A stretch of DNA of 64,000 bases. Origin: Trichoplax sp. H2. Taxonomy: Eukaryota. The position numbers and the translations under genes are program-made. Below, piece after piece: positions 39,410-52,533 of the stretch. Below the pieces are notes generated by a model. The model saw only the letters and a program-made list of their open reading frames with translations, made no database searches and was not told the DNA's origin. The stretch's first letter is position 1. Each line of letters opens with the position of its first letter. The stretch lies in the NCBI GenBank assembly GCA_003344405.1, contig NOWV01000115.1, forward strand, positions 1-64,000, in the 5' to 3' direction.

Positions 39410-42400
39410 ATGAGGTGAAAATCATTCTGATACTACTAGCATAAACGGCAATTTAGGAAATGTACAGTACAGTATATAGCAAGTTAGGCAAGTATGAAAA
39501 GGTTATTTTTATGCTTGAGAAATCACTATATATTCCGTTATCGGTCTCTGATTATAATTATGCCTATAACGTAGTACTATACCCATCAGACAGTGGCAAT
39601 GATCTAGTCTACATATCAGAGCAAGCATAAAGAAGCCTTTTATATGTTTGTTTGGCAAACTTTTCAAGATTGGATCCTTAGTCTTTAGCCACAGGAGCTG
39701 TATACGCGTATCTGTAACAAAGCTGACAGCATGAAGCAATTCATGTATTCGAGAAATTACTCAAAATTCGATTATCAGCCCATGATAACAATCATCGTGA
39801 TATTACTGTTTCGTACGGAAATCGAGGTTGTACATGTATCTAAAGCTCAGGGTAATTATAGAAACTATTTGTCTAATTACGAAATCACTCAAAATTCTAT
39901 TATTAGTCCTTGGTCATAATCATTGTCATGTTGCTGATTCATAGTTTATAGTATCTTTGGCATTCCCTGTCATGATACAAGCTTGTATAATAATAAAGCT
40001 ATTTGTATACCTGAGAAATTACTTGACATTTGATTGTCAGTCCATCATCATAACCATTTCGTTCTTGCCCGTTCTTGTAACAATCTAGGAGATACATGTA
40101 CTGTTCAAGGCAGGCATGAAGAGGTTATTTCTACCTACAAAATCCTTAAAATTTGACTATCAGTCCTTGATCGCAATCATCCTGATATTGCTTCTTCTAA
40201 TAGCTATGTAGGATTTGTTTATAAGGGCGAAGGGGGATGCAAAATGAGGCTGTTTCAGGGTATGAGAAGTTACTTAAATTCGATTATCAATCTTTAGTCA
40301 CAATCATTCTCATACCGTTATATTCTATGTCAATATGAAATTGTATATTCTGATCAAGGTAAGCATGCAGAAGCCTTTTGTATTCACAAGAAATGACATA
40401 AAGTTCTACTGTCTATGCTTGCATCCCATGACTGTATTAAATCGGTATACCATCATAAGAGCAGTTATGAAGAGGTTATTTCTATGTGTAATTCACTCAA
40501 ATGCAATCGTCGGTCCTAGAGCACAATCATCCTAATGTTGCCAAGTCATATAACAATATTGCTGTGGACTATCTTAAGTAAGAAAAATGTGAAGAAGCTA
40601 TTTGTAGTACTAAGGAGTCACTCAAATTCTACTCGGACTCGGATCGTAAACATCCCCTTGTTGCTTGATCTCAACGTAGAGACGGGGTATGGACATTTAA
40701 GCAAGGAAGAACAGTCTACTTCTATGTATGGAAAGCTACTTCAAATTGAAATGTCGGTCCTTGGTCACAACTATCCTTATGTTGCTGGGTCATCATATAA
40801 CAGTATTGATGCAGCTTATTAAGCGATCTAGGTAGATATGAATAGGCTATTTCTATGCATAAGAATCACTCACATTTTCAATCATACGCATACATGAGGA
40901 AGCTATCTGTATGTACATGAAGTCACTCAAAATCCGTTTTCCATCCATGGTCATAATCATCCTGATATTGTTGCATTGTATAATACCATGGAAATTATTT
41001 ACTGCGATCATGGCAGGTATATCCATTTATCCTATTTCTATGCTAAAGAAATCACTCATAATTTGGCTGTCAGTCCATGATTTCAATCATCCTTTTAGGG
41101 AATACCTATAGAAATTAGGGTATGCATAAACGGGATATTTTTACGTATGTATAGAAAGCAACCAAAATTTCAATTGTCAGCCCGGGATCAAAATCATTCA
41201 GTTTACTACAACATATAGCAAGATTAATCTTGCCTATACTATTCAGAATATGCATGAACATTATTGAGCAAGCAATTCGTAAGTATGAGAAGTCATTTCA
41301 ATTCGATTGTCAGTTTTTGTTCACATTTATTCTCACATTGCTGCATAATATTACGACATTGGTACGGTGTACATTTGATTAGGAAAAGCCTAAAAAGACC
41401 ATTCCCATATACGAGAAGTCGATTAAGATTCGATCAGTCCTTAGCCACAATTAAACGATGTTTCTGCATCTTAGAGCCGAATCGGAGTTATATATCAGTA
41501 TCGGGGCAAGCATGAAGAGGTAATATCTCTGCATGAGAAATCATTCAAAATTCAGTTGTCAGTCCTTGATCATAGTCATACTGATACCACCGCATCATAT
41601 AGCAACATTGATATAGTATATGACAATTAGACAAAATATGAAAAAACTACTTTGATTGATGAAATATCTTTCAAAATTTTATTATCAGTCCTTAATTATG
41701 ATTTCTAATATTGCTGCATCACCTAACAATATTGGTGTAGCCTGTAATAATTGTAATTAATCAGAGTAAATGTGAAAGGCCATTTTGATGCGTAAGATAT
41801 TGCTTAAAATTTGCTTATTAGGTTGTGATGGCAAATTTTCCCAAGTTGCCACCTCATATAATAATAATATAGGAAAAGTGTACCATAATTTTGGCAAATA
41901 TGAAAAGCCAGCATCTATACTCAAGAAACCTTTCAAAATTCGATTATTAGCTCCTTATCACAATTAATCCCATGTTACGGCATGACATAGCAACATTGCT
42001 TCTGCTTATAATGATCAGTGTAAGTATAAAGAAGCAATTTCTATGGTTAAGAAGCCACTCAAATTCAATTGTTAGTCCTTGATTTCCTCCATCCCGATGT
42101 TGCTACATCATACAAAAATCTAGAAAAATATAGACTGAAACTAGGATAGGATATAAAGAGACTATTTACATATATCGGAGATCACTTAAAATTCAATTAA
42201 TGTTCTTTGGTCACAGTCATCATTTCGATGTCATACTATCATATAGCAATATTGGATTTGCCTACAATGGCTTAGGCAAACATGAAGAAGCAAAGTGTAT
42301 GCTCAAGAAGTCACTAAAATTTCGGTGGTTAATCTGTTGTCATTATCATACCAACTTTAGTGCATCTATAGTGAAATGTGAAGATAATATAATTTTTATA
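39410..42400 (+). pseudogene. Heavily decayed TPR-array pseudogene (~20+ repeats of ~126 bp)
   Basis: Recurrent remnants such as KYEKVIFMLEKSL, EAIHVFEKLLKIRLSAHDNNHRDI, SMYGKLLQIEMSVLGHNYPYVAGSSYN, SYNNNIGKVYHNFGKYEK and SYSNIGFAYNGLGKHEEAKCMLKKSL. These are broken by many stops and frameshifts. Confidence 0.9.
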
Positions 42401-45400
42401 GTTGTGTAATTATAGTTGAAATATTAAGTTTTCATATAATTAATTACTTCTATTCGTTTAATTAAGTGTGAGTAAGATGTTCAAATTAAGTTTATGTTTC
42501 ATCAATTCTACAGTTATCTTGCAGTTAAAGTAACATAGACAGCATTAAAATAAAGGTACGGTTCGATACAGTTTAATTCTACCCATATGTTAAAGTTTCA
42601 ATCAAAGCCAGTGGCTTCAAGATCAGAACTCATATAAGAATCTATTTATATTTTAAAGCATCAATTCTCTAAATTATTCTACTAAATTAATATCGTTTGA
42701 AGAATATCATTGATATTTAAAGTTAGTAGCATAGATTAAAATCGAATAAATAACATAAAAATACTACAGTCGCCATATAATGGGAGTTTAAGAGGATATT
42801 ATTCCGTTATAGAATTGAACGAGTTGGTAGTTTACATATTTAAAGCATATTATTCTATCAAACTGCTATAGCAGTACTGGTAATTCATCAAAACCGTTAA
42901 TAGAATATGCTCATTCCTATTAAATAGCATCAAATATTTATAGGTAAAAAATTGCCGCTTCCACATCTGCCTTGCAGTTGAAATTAAACATACACAAGCT
43001 TAAATTTGAAAGTCCATATTGACACTATTTACTAATGTTGAAAGCAAAATTAAAAGAATTTCATGAACAAAAGTGTTTGGTATTGAAGAGGATTTAACCT
43101 ATGAAATAAAGCTTCGATTCCTAAGCACTATATTACTACTATCCATCGATGATTAAGCGTTTTAAGGATAGTAATATCGATTAAGATCTGCGGAATTGAA
43201 TACCAGGATGAGAAAATAATAGTAAGGTAGAGAAATCCTGACTACTGATTCAGCTAGATGCTATCATTGATAAAAAGAATGTTTTTATCTTCTTCGGCTC
43301 AATTACCTTCCAGTCTACATAAGCAAAATGAATTATTTCAATAAATTTTCAACTAGTAAAAATTTCTTGATGGTCGATTTTGATGAATTATATGCTTCAA
43401 GTGTTGATAAAATATTATACAATCATTAATATTTTAATACTGCTCAAGATAAACAATAATCTGCTTGATTTTGCAATCTCTCTTTCCGATCGATCGGATA
43501 TCATTGGATAATTGGTTTAAATCCATATTACTGTCAATCTTTATAGTTAGAATAATATTTCTATACATATAAATTAATATTATTGTAAGTAAAGACACAT
43601 TATCTGTATATCCGGACTAGGTTATTTGTATAGAGAGAAAGATTATAGGCATCGTTTTTCCAATCTATCTTTAGATAATAGATGATTGCATTCAGGCTTA
43701 GACCAGGTGATTGCTATGGACAATAATAGCCATATATTCAATTGAAAAGAACTTCCGTTTATCGTTGTCCATTCTCGTTATTGACATATTTTAGTTATCT
43801 ATTTTAATAAATATTCAACTAGCAATAGACAATAAACCTTTGACCTATCCATTAGAACTACTTGCGACTATTTAAGTTTTAGTCAACTTACGTCATGATC
43901 CGAAGAGCAATCGTTATTATCATTACTATTTTTCTAGTCGAAAGGTCAGAATGGCTTAGGAACAATAGTTAAGAATGTTATTAATTAAAATTGCCACTGT
44001 GAGTTAAAGTATTTAAATTAAAATTAAAATTAAACACGCAAGCGGTTGAGTTACTAATCATCCTTTCTTCCGTGCTGGTTTGAAGATGATCTGCTCCAAT
44101 CGTTGGTAACTGCCAAGTTGTTAACAATTATCACCACTAGCTCTGATTCTGATGAATACTTTTGCCCTAGAGGAGTTCAATACGTGAAAAATCCTTTACA
44201 TTGGAATTGAAAATCACCTTTTTCAACATTAATATACTGTCGTAACTCAATGAATTATTGATCGGTTAGATTTCGTAGTTGCAGTTGTTGATATGAATCA
44301 TGAGTATTAATCTATACTCGATATTCATGTTAATCCATTTCTTCTTTTAATTTTCTTCCACGATTTTGTTAGGTTAACTTTTACGAACTCAAATTTAGCC
44401 CTTAGCAATAGTCTATATGGATAGAATTTCATAATTATGGTAAGTAAATTGATCGGATAGAATTTGATATAAAAATTACTTTGATACTATGATTGGATAC
44501 AGTAACATTATCAAGATAATCGACGATGGTGCTAGGCAATTTTAAGTTAAAATTGTGCTGGTATGCGGCCTCTTAGTCTCCCATCTAGGATATTATTATA
44601 ACTATACTAGAGATCGCGATAACTTGATGATATTGGTATCATAGTAATTGATATATCTCTTCAAAAGAAATGATTGAAAATAAAAGATTGATTTCAAACC
44701 ATTTGTCCTTAAAGATACAAGAAAGGGATTTATTCTTTTCTTGGTAGCGCATTTTTTTGATTAAAAATGACTTTAATTTAACCATAGTAATAAATCGAAA
44801 GTGAGATCTGTAAACCTTAATTAGGTGCCAATATCATTTACTGTCGATAAGTATTTTGTTTTCGAACATGATGATATTATCGGTGATTCGGATTAGAATC
44901 ATTAATTAATTTCCTGACAAGAACGCTATCAAATTTTGAAAGAAATCAAATCAGCAAATAGTTTCTGAGTTCAATATGTGATATTGGATTATGCCAATGA
45001 TAGAGTGTATATTTATGCATTAAAATGGCCTGAAATCGTATAGTTCATTCTTAACCTAACTACAGTTTTTCGGTTATCGTTTTATGAAATTTCTTTAAAA
45101 TCTAGCCTTAATATTAATGCCTGTTACTATGAACGAATTCTAGTATAGAAGAAAACAGAATTAATGGTTATTGCTTGCATCCTATTTAGGAAATATAAGT
45201 TTCTTGCAGTCAGTAAACCGTACTGGATGATAGTAATTCAAGAAAGAAAGAGTAAAGTTATAACTATCTTAGCCCATGCATTAAAGAACCAGTTATCGCT
45301 GATTTTAAGATTAAAGTAAATTTAATAATAAGAAAAATTTCTACTCGATATTATTATCCAAGTTATATAAAACACACCTAGTAAGAAGAAAGCTATTGCA

Positions 45401-46787
45401 GGAGCGAAAATGAAAAGCTGATTTTTCAACGTCAAAAGGAATAAAATTCTCTTCAAACTGTCTCCGATATTGGAGATTTGGAATAATTCAATGCAATTTT
45501 TTGTTATGAGTATTCCATAAGATATTATTAAATCTATAAAGTATCTTCAAAAGACTGGAGGTTCTAACCTATTGGACCGACTGATTATAATTTAAATCGA
45601 TAAATCAGCTTTCGTAAATCAAACTGATTACTTGGATGCCTCGTGGAATTGACACTATCAATAACGATTTGGCAAACAAATTTTGTGGATATTTCTTGCA
45701 ACATACCAGTGCGTATAAATACCAAACTGTTAAAAGGATCAAACAAGGTTATAGGTCTTTATTTATTTATTAAGGATAGGTTGATTTCCATCCACTAACT
45801 TGTTAATCTCATCAATAGCAATCTCTAATCGTTGATTGGCTAAAAGTTATATCCTATAAAATCGATTTTAACAGCCAAATTAATTCAATAAAGAAGAAAT
45901 AGATTAATACTTATTCTTGGTCTATCCGTAAGAAGTGAATGGAAGCTGTGCTTACGTAGTGATTTCTAAATATTGAAGAGTTTATTTACAATTAATGCAA
46001 ACAGCCCCCAAATTTATTATTACTGGTTGTGTAATTGTAGAGGATTTAATGTTGTGAATAGAATTGAGAAAGTTGATTTCTGTTGAAGAATAAGTGATGT
46101 AAGATATTTTTTATTTTAACTTCACGTCCCTGTATTCTGTTTCTTGCTTAGTCTACATTACAATTTTGTTAGATAAAGTACAGTAATCGTTATTTATTAT
46201 TCTTCCATATCAACAGCGTTAGCAAATCCTCACTTTGGATCCTCAATTTTGCACCTTGCGAAATTGACTAAACTTTATCGGTCGTAATTATTATTAAACT
46301 ATAGGAAATTGCTCCTCAAGAATTTAGTTAATTTATTTATAATAAAATAGGAGTAGATAATAGAAGAGTTTTATCGTATTCATTTTTCGAATGCAAACCA
46401 TTTCTCTTTAATTAAGCAACTCTTCTATCTTGTTGAAATTATTTGATCATTGTCATCATTGATAAATTTATAATCTATTAACGACTAGATTTCGTTAGAA
46501 TTATTTCATTCTATCTATTGAATTTGTGTATCTGTTTAGCAATTACCAGGATTGATTTGCCAGCATCACATCAGATTACCGTTATGATATTGGTGTATGG
46601 TCCATGTTGTCAATTTTAAGCCATTTAGAGGATCATCGTTGCCAGCTCGATTATTGTAAAAGTTTATAATTGTATCATTTATCTTCTTTTGTGATTGTGA
46701 ATTCACTTAAACTACAACAGCAATATTGAGATTAATTTAGGGGGTATAGTATTATTGTCGTTATCAATATCAAAAACAAGATTGAAT

Positions 46788-47867
46788 ATGACTCTAAACT
46801 GGAGCAACACTGAACTCAAGCTGCAAATTCATTCTAATAATGAAACTACCTTAACAACAGATTTACCTACGATATTTTCTATCCCGCCATCAACCATATT
46901 GACTGTTAATTGTGTAATGGTAGTGTTGATGTTATTAAGCTTAATATGTAACCTACGTATCATCGACGTTTTAATACGTGATCGCCTTCGTCAACGACAT
47001 TATGATTACTTTATCATTAATATTACTTTATCGAATATTGTCTTGACCTTTGGTAATTTAATCTATTTTATCGTTTTATTAGTAACATTTCATCAACATT
47101 TTGGCATTACTACTTTGTTTTCATTTTGTAAATTTATCTTAGTAATACAGTTATTGCCTTATTCAGTTCATATGATTACATTGAGTTTAATTAGTTTTGC
47201 GCAACATCGCCGTTTACGCCATCCATATCGTAATCGAGTTTCGACTCAATTTATTACTTCTTATACGATACCGTTAATATGGATTATTAGCTTAACACTG
47301 GCAATGCCTATTTTGCCTCTATCTGATCCTAAAACATCATCGTGGTTAAAATATCATCAATATTATGGCTTTTATTGCTATATTACTACTTTTATACCGT
47401 CGTATCGGCGTATTTACTTCTCAATTTACGTTACTGTAGCCTTTATCCTACCAATTATTATGATTATCTATAGTGGTTTAGATGCGTTGTATATCTTCAA
47501 CAAAACAAGCATTACTATGCCTGTTCACTATCATAATTCTAATCATGAGCTAAATATGTCCTTAGATCGTTGTGATGGCCGTAAGCGTGAATATCTAAAA
47601 ATATGTAAAAAAATTATTGGACTGCCATTAATCTCTTGTTTAGCAGCTTGCCCACAGGCGTTTTCATTCTTTTATATGGCCTATACGACCCTACAAGATA
47701 CTAAATCTCCGACTGACCACCACCAAGTAACCAATCAAGGATTATACTTCTACATCAGCCAATTTATTATATTATTTAATTGTTACTATCATCCAGTCTA
47801 TTTCCTTTTGCACGATCAAAAACTACGTCGGCGTCTTTGTTGCCTTTGCTATTATCTTCGTCAATGA
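46788..47867 (+). CDS. Intronless class-A-like GPCR, ~359 aa from the first in-frame ATG (the ORF track starts at an upstream TTG, 46755)
   Basis: N-terminal NWS and NET glycosylation sites. TM1 SLICN, TM2 FIINITLSN, TM3 FCK..MITLSLIS, TM4 IWIISLTLAMP, ECL2 FYC, TM5 AFILP, TM6 ACPQ, TM7 YHPVYFLLHDQKLRRRLCCLC. Confidence 0.88.
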   Translation: MTLNWSNTELKLQIHSNNETTLTTDLPTIFSIPPSTILTVNCVMVVLMLLSLICNLRIIDVLIRDRLRQRHYDYFIINITLSNIVLTFGNLIYFIVLLVTFHQHFGITTLFSFCKFILVIQLLPYSVHMITLSLISFAQHRRLRHPYRNRVSTQFITSYTIPLIWIISLTLAMPILPLSDPKTSSWLKYHQYYGFYCYITTFIPSYRRIYFSIYVTVAFILPIIMIIYSGLDALYIFNKTSITMPVHYHNSNHELNMSLDRCDGRKREYLKICKKIIGLPLISCLAACPQAFSFFYMAYTTLQDTKSPTDHHQVTNQGLYFYISQFIILFNCYYHPVYFLLHDQKLRRRLCCLCYYLRQ

Positions 47868-50586
47868 TCACGTACAGCTTGATCTAACAAAACAGCTATA
47901 GCCATTGATAGAGAGATGATTTAATTGCAACTATAAAAGCTAGTAAGCCTTTTCTAGTTAATTAAACTAATTTTTCCTCCATCTATTTTTCCGACATCAT
48001 ACTCCTATCAGATTAATATCTATAATTTAAAAGGAAGAAAATAATGATAATTTATACTTTGGCTCAATAGTGATGCAAAGACGTTGCTGCTCAGACTTTC
48101 TTTCTTACAAACAGAACTGTAAAATTACGTGATTTAGCTATAATACAATGTTTTATATTTTGGTTATTAAGGCAAGTTTCATTTCTAATAATTAGTTTGC
48201 TTTGTCTTTGTTAGTTGGAGGAAAAATACGTCAACATTAATTTCTAAAGTATTTTTCTTGACATCTGACAGTATTAGTAAGGTTGATGTATAGCATACTA
48301 GCCGTACTCAGTAGTTAATTTATCTTTTAATCGGACTATTAGGCCACAAGTAAGCTAATTAAGAGCTTTTCATCGCGAAAATTCTGTGATATTCTTGTTT
48401 ATAATTATGAATCATCCTCTATATGATCACAACTAGCGGTGAATTAACCTTTGTAAATACTCATATCCTTATGGTAGAATAGAATGTTTTACTTTCAAGA
48501 TACAGTATATCTGATAATATTATTCCGCAACAGTGATAATGTACGTCTCTGGTTGTCCAGAAGTCGATTAATTTCAAATTATTGATTTCTTGTTTCAGTT
48601 AATTGCTGCATATGTCATGATACACGGTAGCAGTGGAAGGCTATCTAGTAACAATATTGATCTTGTTCAATTGAAATACTGTATATAAAGATGTATAGAT
48701 ATATCAAGGATAAAAACAATAACGAACTCCTTGCTACTGTTATTGATACCAATAGTAATAAATTTAATACGAGATTTTTATAGAATTATAGATCATTGCT
48801 TAATAAGGCTATTTATAGATTTGACGAGGACAAGATTTAGGCAGCTTTGATAATCTGTCTAAAGAAGACTAATTAAGCTGGTGGTAGTAGCATAGTCGAA
48901 ATCTACCGTACTGTTCTAGTCGTTGCCGTATTCTTTCGTTTATATGAGTATTTTTAGGGAATTAATAGCATAGGAATATTTCAATTAGGGCCTGAGAAAT
49001 ATTCCTCTACCGCTCTTCTGTTAATATACGAGTATAATAGGCGTATTTAAATTTCAATGCAGTAGAAATTTTCATTGATGCTAAGTGTGAACGTTAACAG
49101 ATGTTAGAGAAGACAAGTATGCAATATCAGAAAAACATTTTCAGGCCATATAACTTAATAGTACATAACCTTATAACTTCAATCGATAATGACAGGTTAC
49201 TGTATGTAATAATAAGTTAATTAAGCGTGTGGTCTGTAACCAAGCTACCAAGTACATTTTCTAGCTTACAGTAGAGCTCTTAGCGTTAACATTGTTATTA
49301 ATATTATATTACGAGTAAGTATTACCTACTAGCAAACTCGTATATTGCAATAAATTCAATTTCTATTGAAAGCCGTTATAATCTCGTATTTTGACAGTTA
49401 GTAACGATAGTACTGGATGTATTAAGTGTTTGATATATCAGCCATTAGCATGGAGTTATATTTAATTAATCAGTCATAAATCACGCGATTGTCTTGCATT
49501 ACTCAGTGCTCCTTTTACATGAAAGCTTTTACTGCCTTTATAATTTTGCATGTCAAGCACATTGAACGGAGTGGATCACAGCAAAGGTTGTCCAAGAATT
49601 GATAAGCAGTTAGATATGACTATTGAGTATAGTGTCCAAGCGTTATTCCTTTAAATGTATATTGTATAACTTACAGCTCTGACTTACACTGTCTTTATAG
49701 CAGCGCTACAAATCTCAACAAATTAACAGCAATTTAAGTAGACTTAAATTAAGGTACAAGCACAGTATTTAAACAACGGCATTCTCATAATTTACCTTGG
49801 ATCACTTGTAAAGTGTTCGGACATTGAATAGATAATGACAGTTATTGGAAGTGCGCAGGCAATAGATCATGTATTACAGCAGAAATTTATTTAAAGTAAT
49901 ATCGCTGTTAATCAAATTAAAAATCAGCTGAATCCATATTTCGAATTGAAGATGCTGAATACCAAAAAAAGGAATAAAAAAGGGTGCAAATATATCGAAA
50001 TTATACTTGTAATGTTATAACAGATTTTTTACGAATAGAATGCTAGTAGTACTGTTACTGACTACTGGTATATTCTACTTGATGAGGTAAGTTAACACAT
50101 TAGACACACATTAATATGACCAATGGTCCAATGTTGTATGCATATAAAATAGAATTCTGGCAGTTACTGCTTTTACAAATAGGTGAGAACATGTTTCAAC
50201 TCTGAATCGTATAATAATTAATGTACTACTAATGATTGGGATGCTGTAAACATTCAAGTTATCATTACTAAGAACTAAAGCTGAGAGATCATCACTTCGA
50301 TGTTTAAAAGCAGGTAAATGATATTTACAATTCATTCATCTACTTTGAAACTCCGTTACTGACGCGAGCATCAGTTTGAAATAAACGTTATGTTTACTAT
50401 TAAACAGAAAAAAATGACACAAAAACGTAGAAATTGCTAAACCATATTAAAGTAAAAGTCGCACTAATTATAATAAATACAGTAACTGAGATGACTCCAA
50501 CAGTCAAATTGGATATATATCTACAAAGGGTGAATACAGTATGAAGAAGGTAATACTTGATCAGGATATGCTATGCTATCAGTCTA

Positions 50587-52533
50587 TTACACAGGTCTCA
50601 TTCTAGCTGCTTGCTCTCTCACACGCTGTTCGTATAATACTCGGTTCTCCCTATGAAAAGATACAAATGTCATGATAATCGTAGGGTATCGTACATAGTA
50701 TGCAGTAATATCAACCAAAATTAGCTGTATTCTACTTCAAAATTGAGCAAGACTAAATTGTATATAAGTCCGGTATCAAGTAAGTGTCTTTCTATCACTA
50801 AACTATTTTCGATTTACTAACTTATAGGCTGTATAAGCTTCTACTTGTGCTGGATCATTTATGTTCGGTTCGTTGAGTAAGTCTTGAATTCCAAGTAAGA
50901 TCTTAAAGCAGTAAAATAGAACAAAACATGATATGCAATAGGGATATAAGAATGTAATTGTAAGAATGATTGCATTAAATTAAAGCATATTTGGGTTGTG
51001 TTGCATGACTCATTCTGGAAAATTGAATAACAAGTTACAGTAAAGGTATAAAAAGGGTAAATGACACAAATCAAAGACTATTTGGTTAGGATTGGCTCTT
51101 GTAATGGCTATTAGATACATCTTACTTGTTTGATTGTAACCGACGGACGCCAGTCCTTGTCTTCATCTAATAAAGATAGGCAGACTGTACCAGAAGGATA
51201 CACATTTGGATGAAATAAAGCCGGATCAAATTTACCTATACGTTTTAATTGCAAGAATCAGTAGCGATCTTTATGGCTCGAATCTAACTGCTATACTGTA
51301 GATGGATTGTAATGGTGACATTTTTTTTGAATAGACTTACATTTAGGTGGAGAAGATGGATAATCTTCTTTGAATATCATTTTTAATTTGTAGTAACCTC
51401 CGTCCCAAGCAGTCTATCAATAGATTTAATGGTAACGTTTTAGATATTGCGTGATAGGTTAAAGCACTAGAGTATACAAATTAGTCATCAAAGAAGATTT
51501 ATTTGGATGAATCTACTATAGGTGAGGCAACATACCCCTTTCTTGCCAGGAATAACTGTGGGATTGATTCAAAGAGGCATTCATTATATATGGAAGAAAA
51601 TTAGTAAGAAATATACATTACAAGTTGATGTCATGACGATTATGCTAACAGGGTGTATGACATAGACATTCAGTTGATATCGCTTGGATTGCTACGGCCA
51701 CCTCATTATGCCAATTGGTGGCATTCTACCGAGGTGTTTGATAATTGAGTGCAATATTCAATTACTTGCGACAGACTCGCAAGAACATAAGCAGCCTTGC
51801 AGGCTTGAGCTATTTCTTACCGCATTCCCAATTCATTAAATCCAAGGCACCATCAGGACCCTTCATGGGTCGAGCAACAAATCCCTAAGATGTGATAAAA
51901 GAAGTGTAGGCATTACTTTCTATCCCTGGTATCCTATCGTTGTTTATTCATACGATCATTTGCATGTAACAAAGCAGATTTGATCTACCATTTAACTAGC
52001 TGGTTATTGCCATCATGATTATCTAGACCTAGTGTGTATCGTCCTATGATGGCGTTGATGATTGTAATTCATCAGCAGCAATTAGGTATACAGTACTGTA
52101 TTGATGTCGGTGGTCCATGCTATCGTATCCCCACATAAAGAGAAGCTGCTATTACTACATTGAGTCAATTTCTAAAGCATATCAAGACAAGAGTCTATTG
52201 GAGGATGATAGACTATCGGTCTATGCGGGTCGATTTATATCTGCTTGTCTACTACGAGTAGTCTAGGAATTCGTCGATCATAGATCTACTCGTCCGAAAG
52301 TACCAAATTAAGAGCTGCTAGCCGATGTCAAGACTACACCATTCAATATGAATTGTAGCCAATTCACTACAAGTACGATGGTAGTTCTGCACTCAAATGT
52401 AGAATACTGTCATTTCATCATGATAACAACAAAACGAGAAGGAATATTTATCCTTTCCATCACTTACAAATGGATGATCTTTACGCCATAATTTACGCTC
52501 TGTACTTAGTCTTCCAGTCGCAATACCAGACAT
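50587..52533 (-). CDS. UBE2I: SUMO-conjugating enzyme UBC9, 158 aa, 7 coding exons
   Basis: Minus-strand exons: 52533-52468 ([22 protein letters not shown]), 51884-51821 ([21 protein letters not shown]), 51555-51536 (VIPGKKG), 51413-51341 ([24 protein letters not shown]), 51235-51126 ([37 protein letters not shown], catalytic Cys), 50901-50822 ([26 protein letters not shown]), 50650-50587 ([21 protein letters not shown]). Total 477 nt. Confidence 0.97.
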
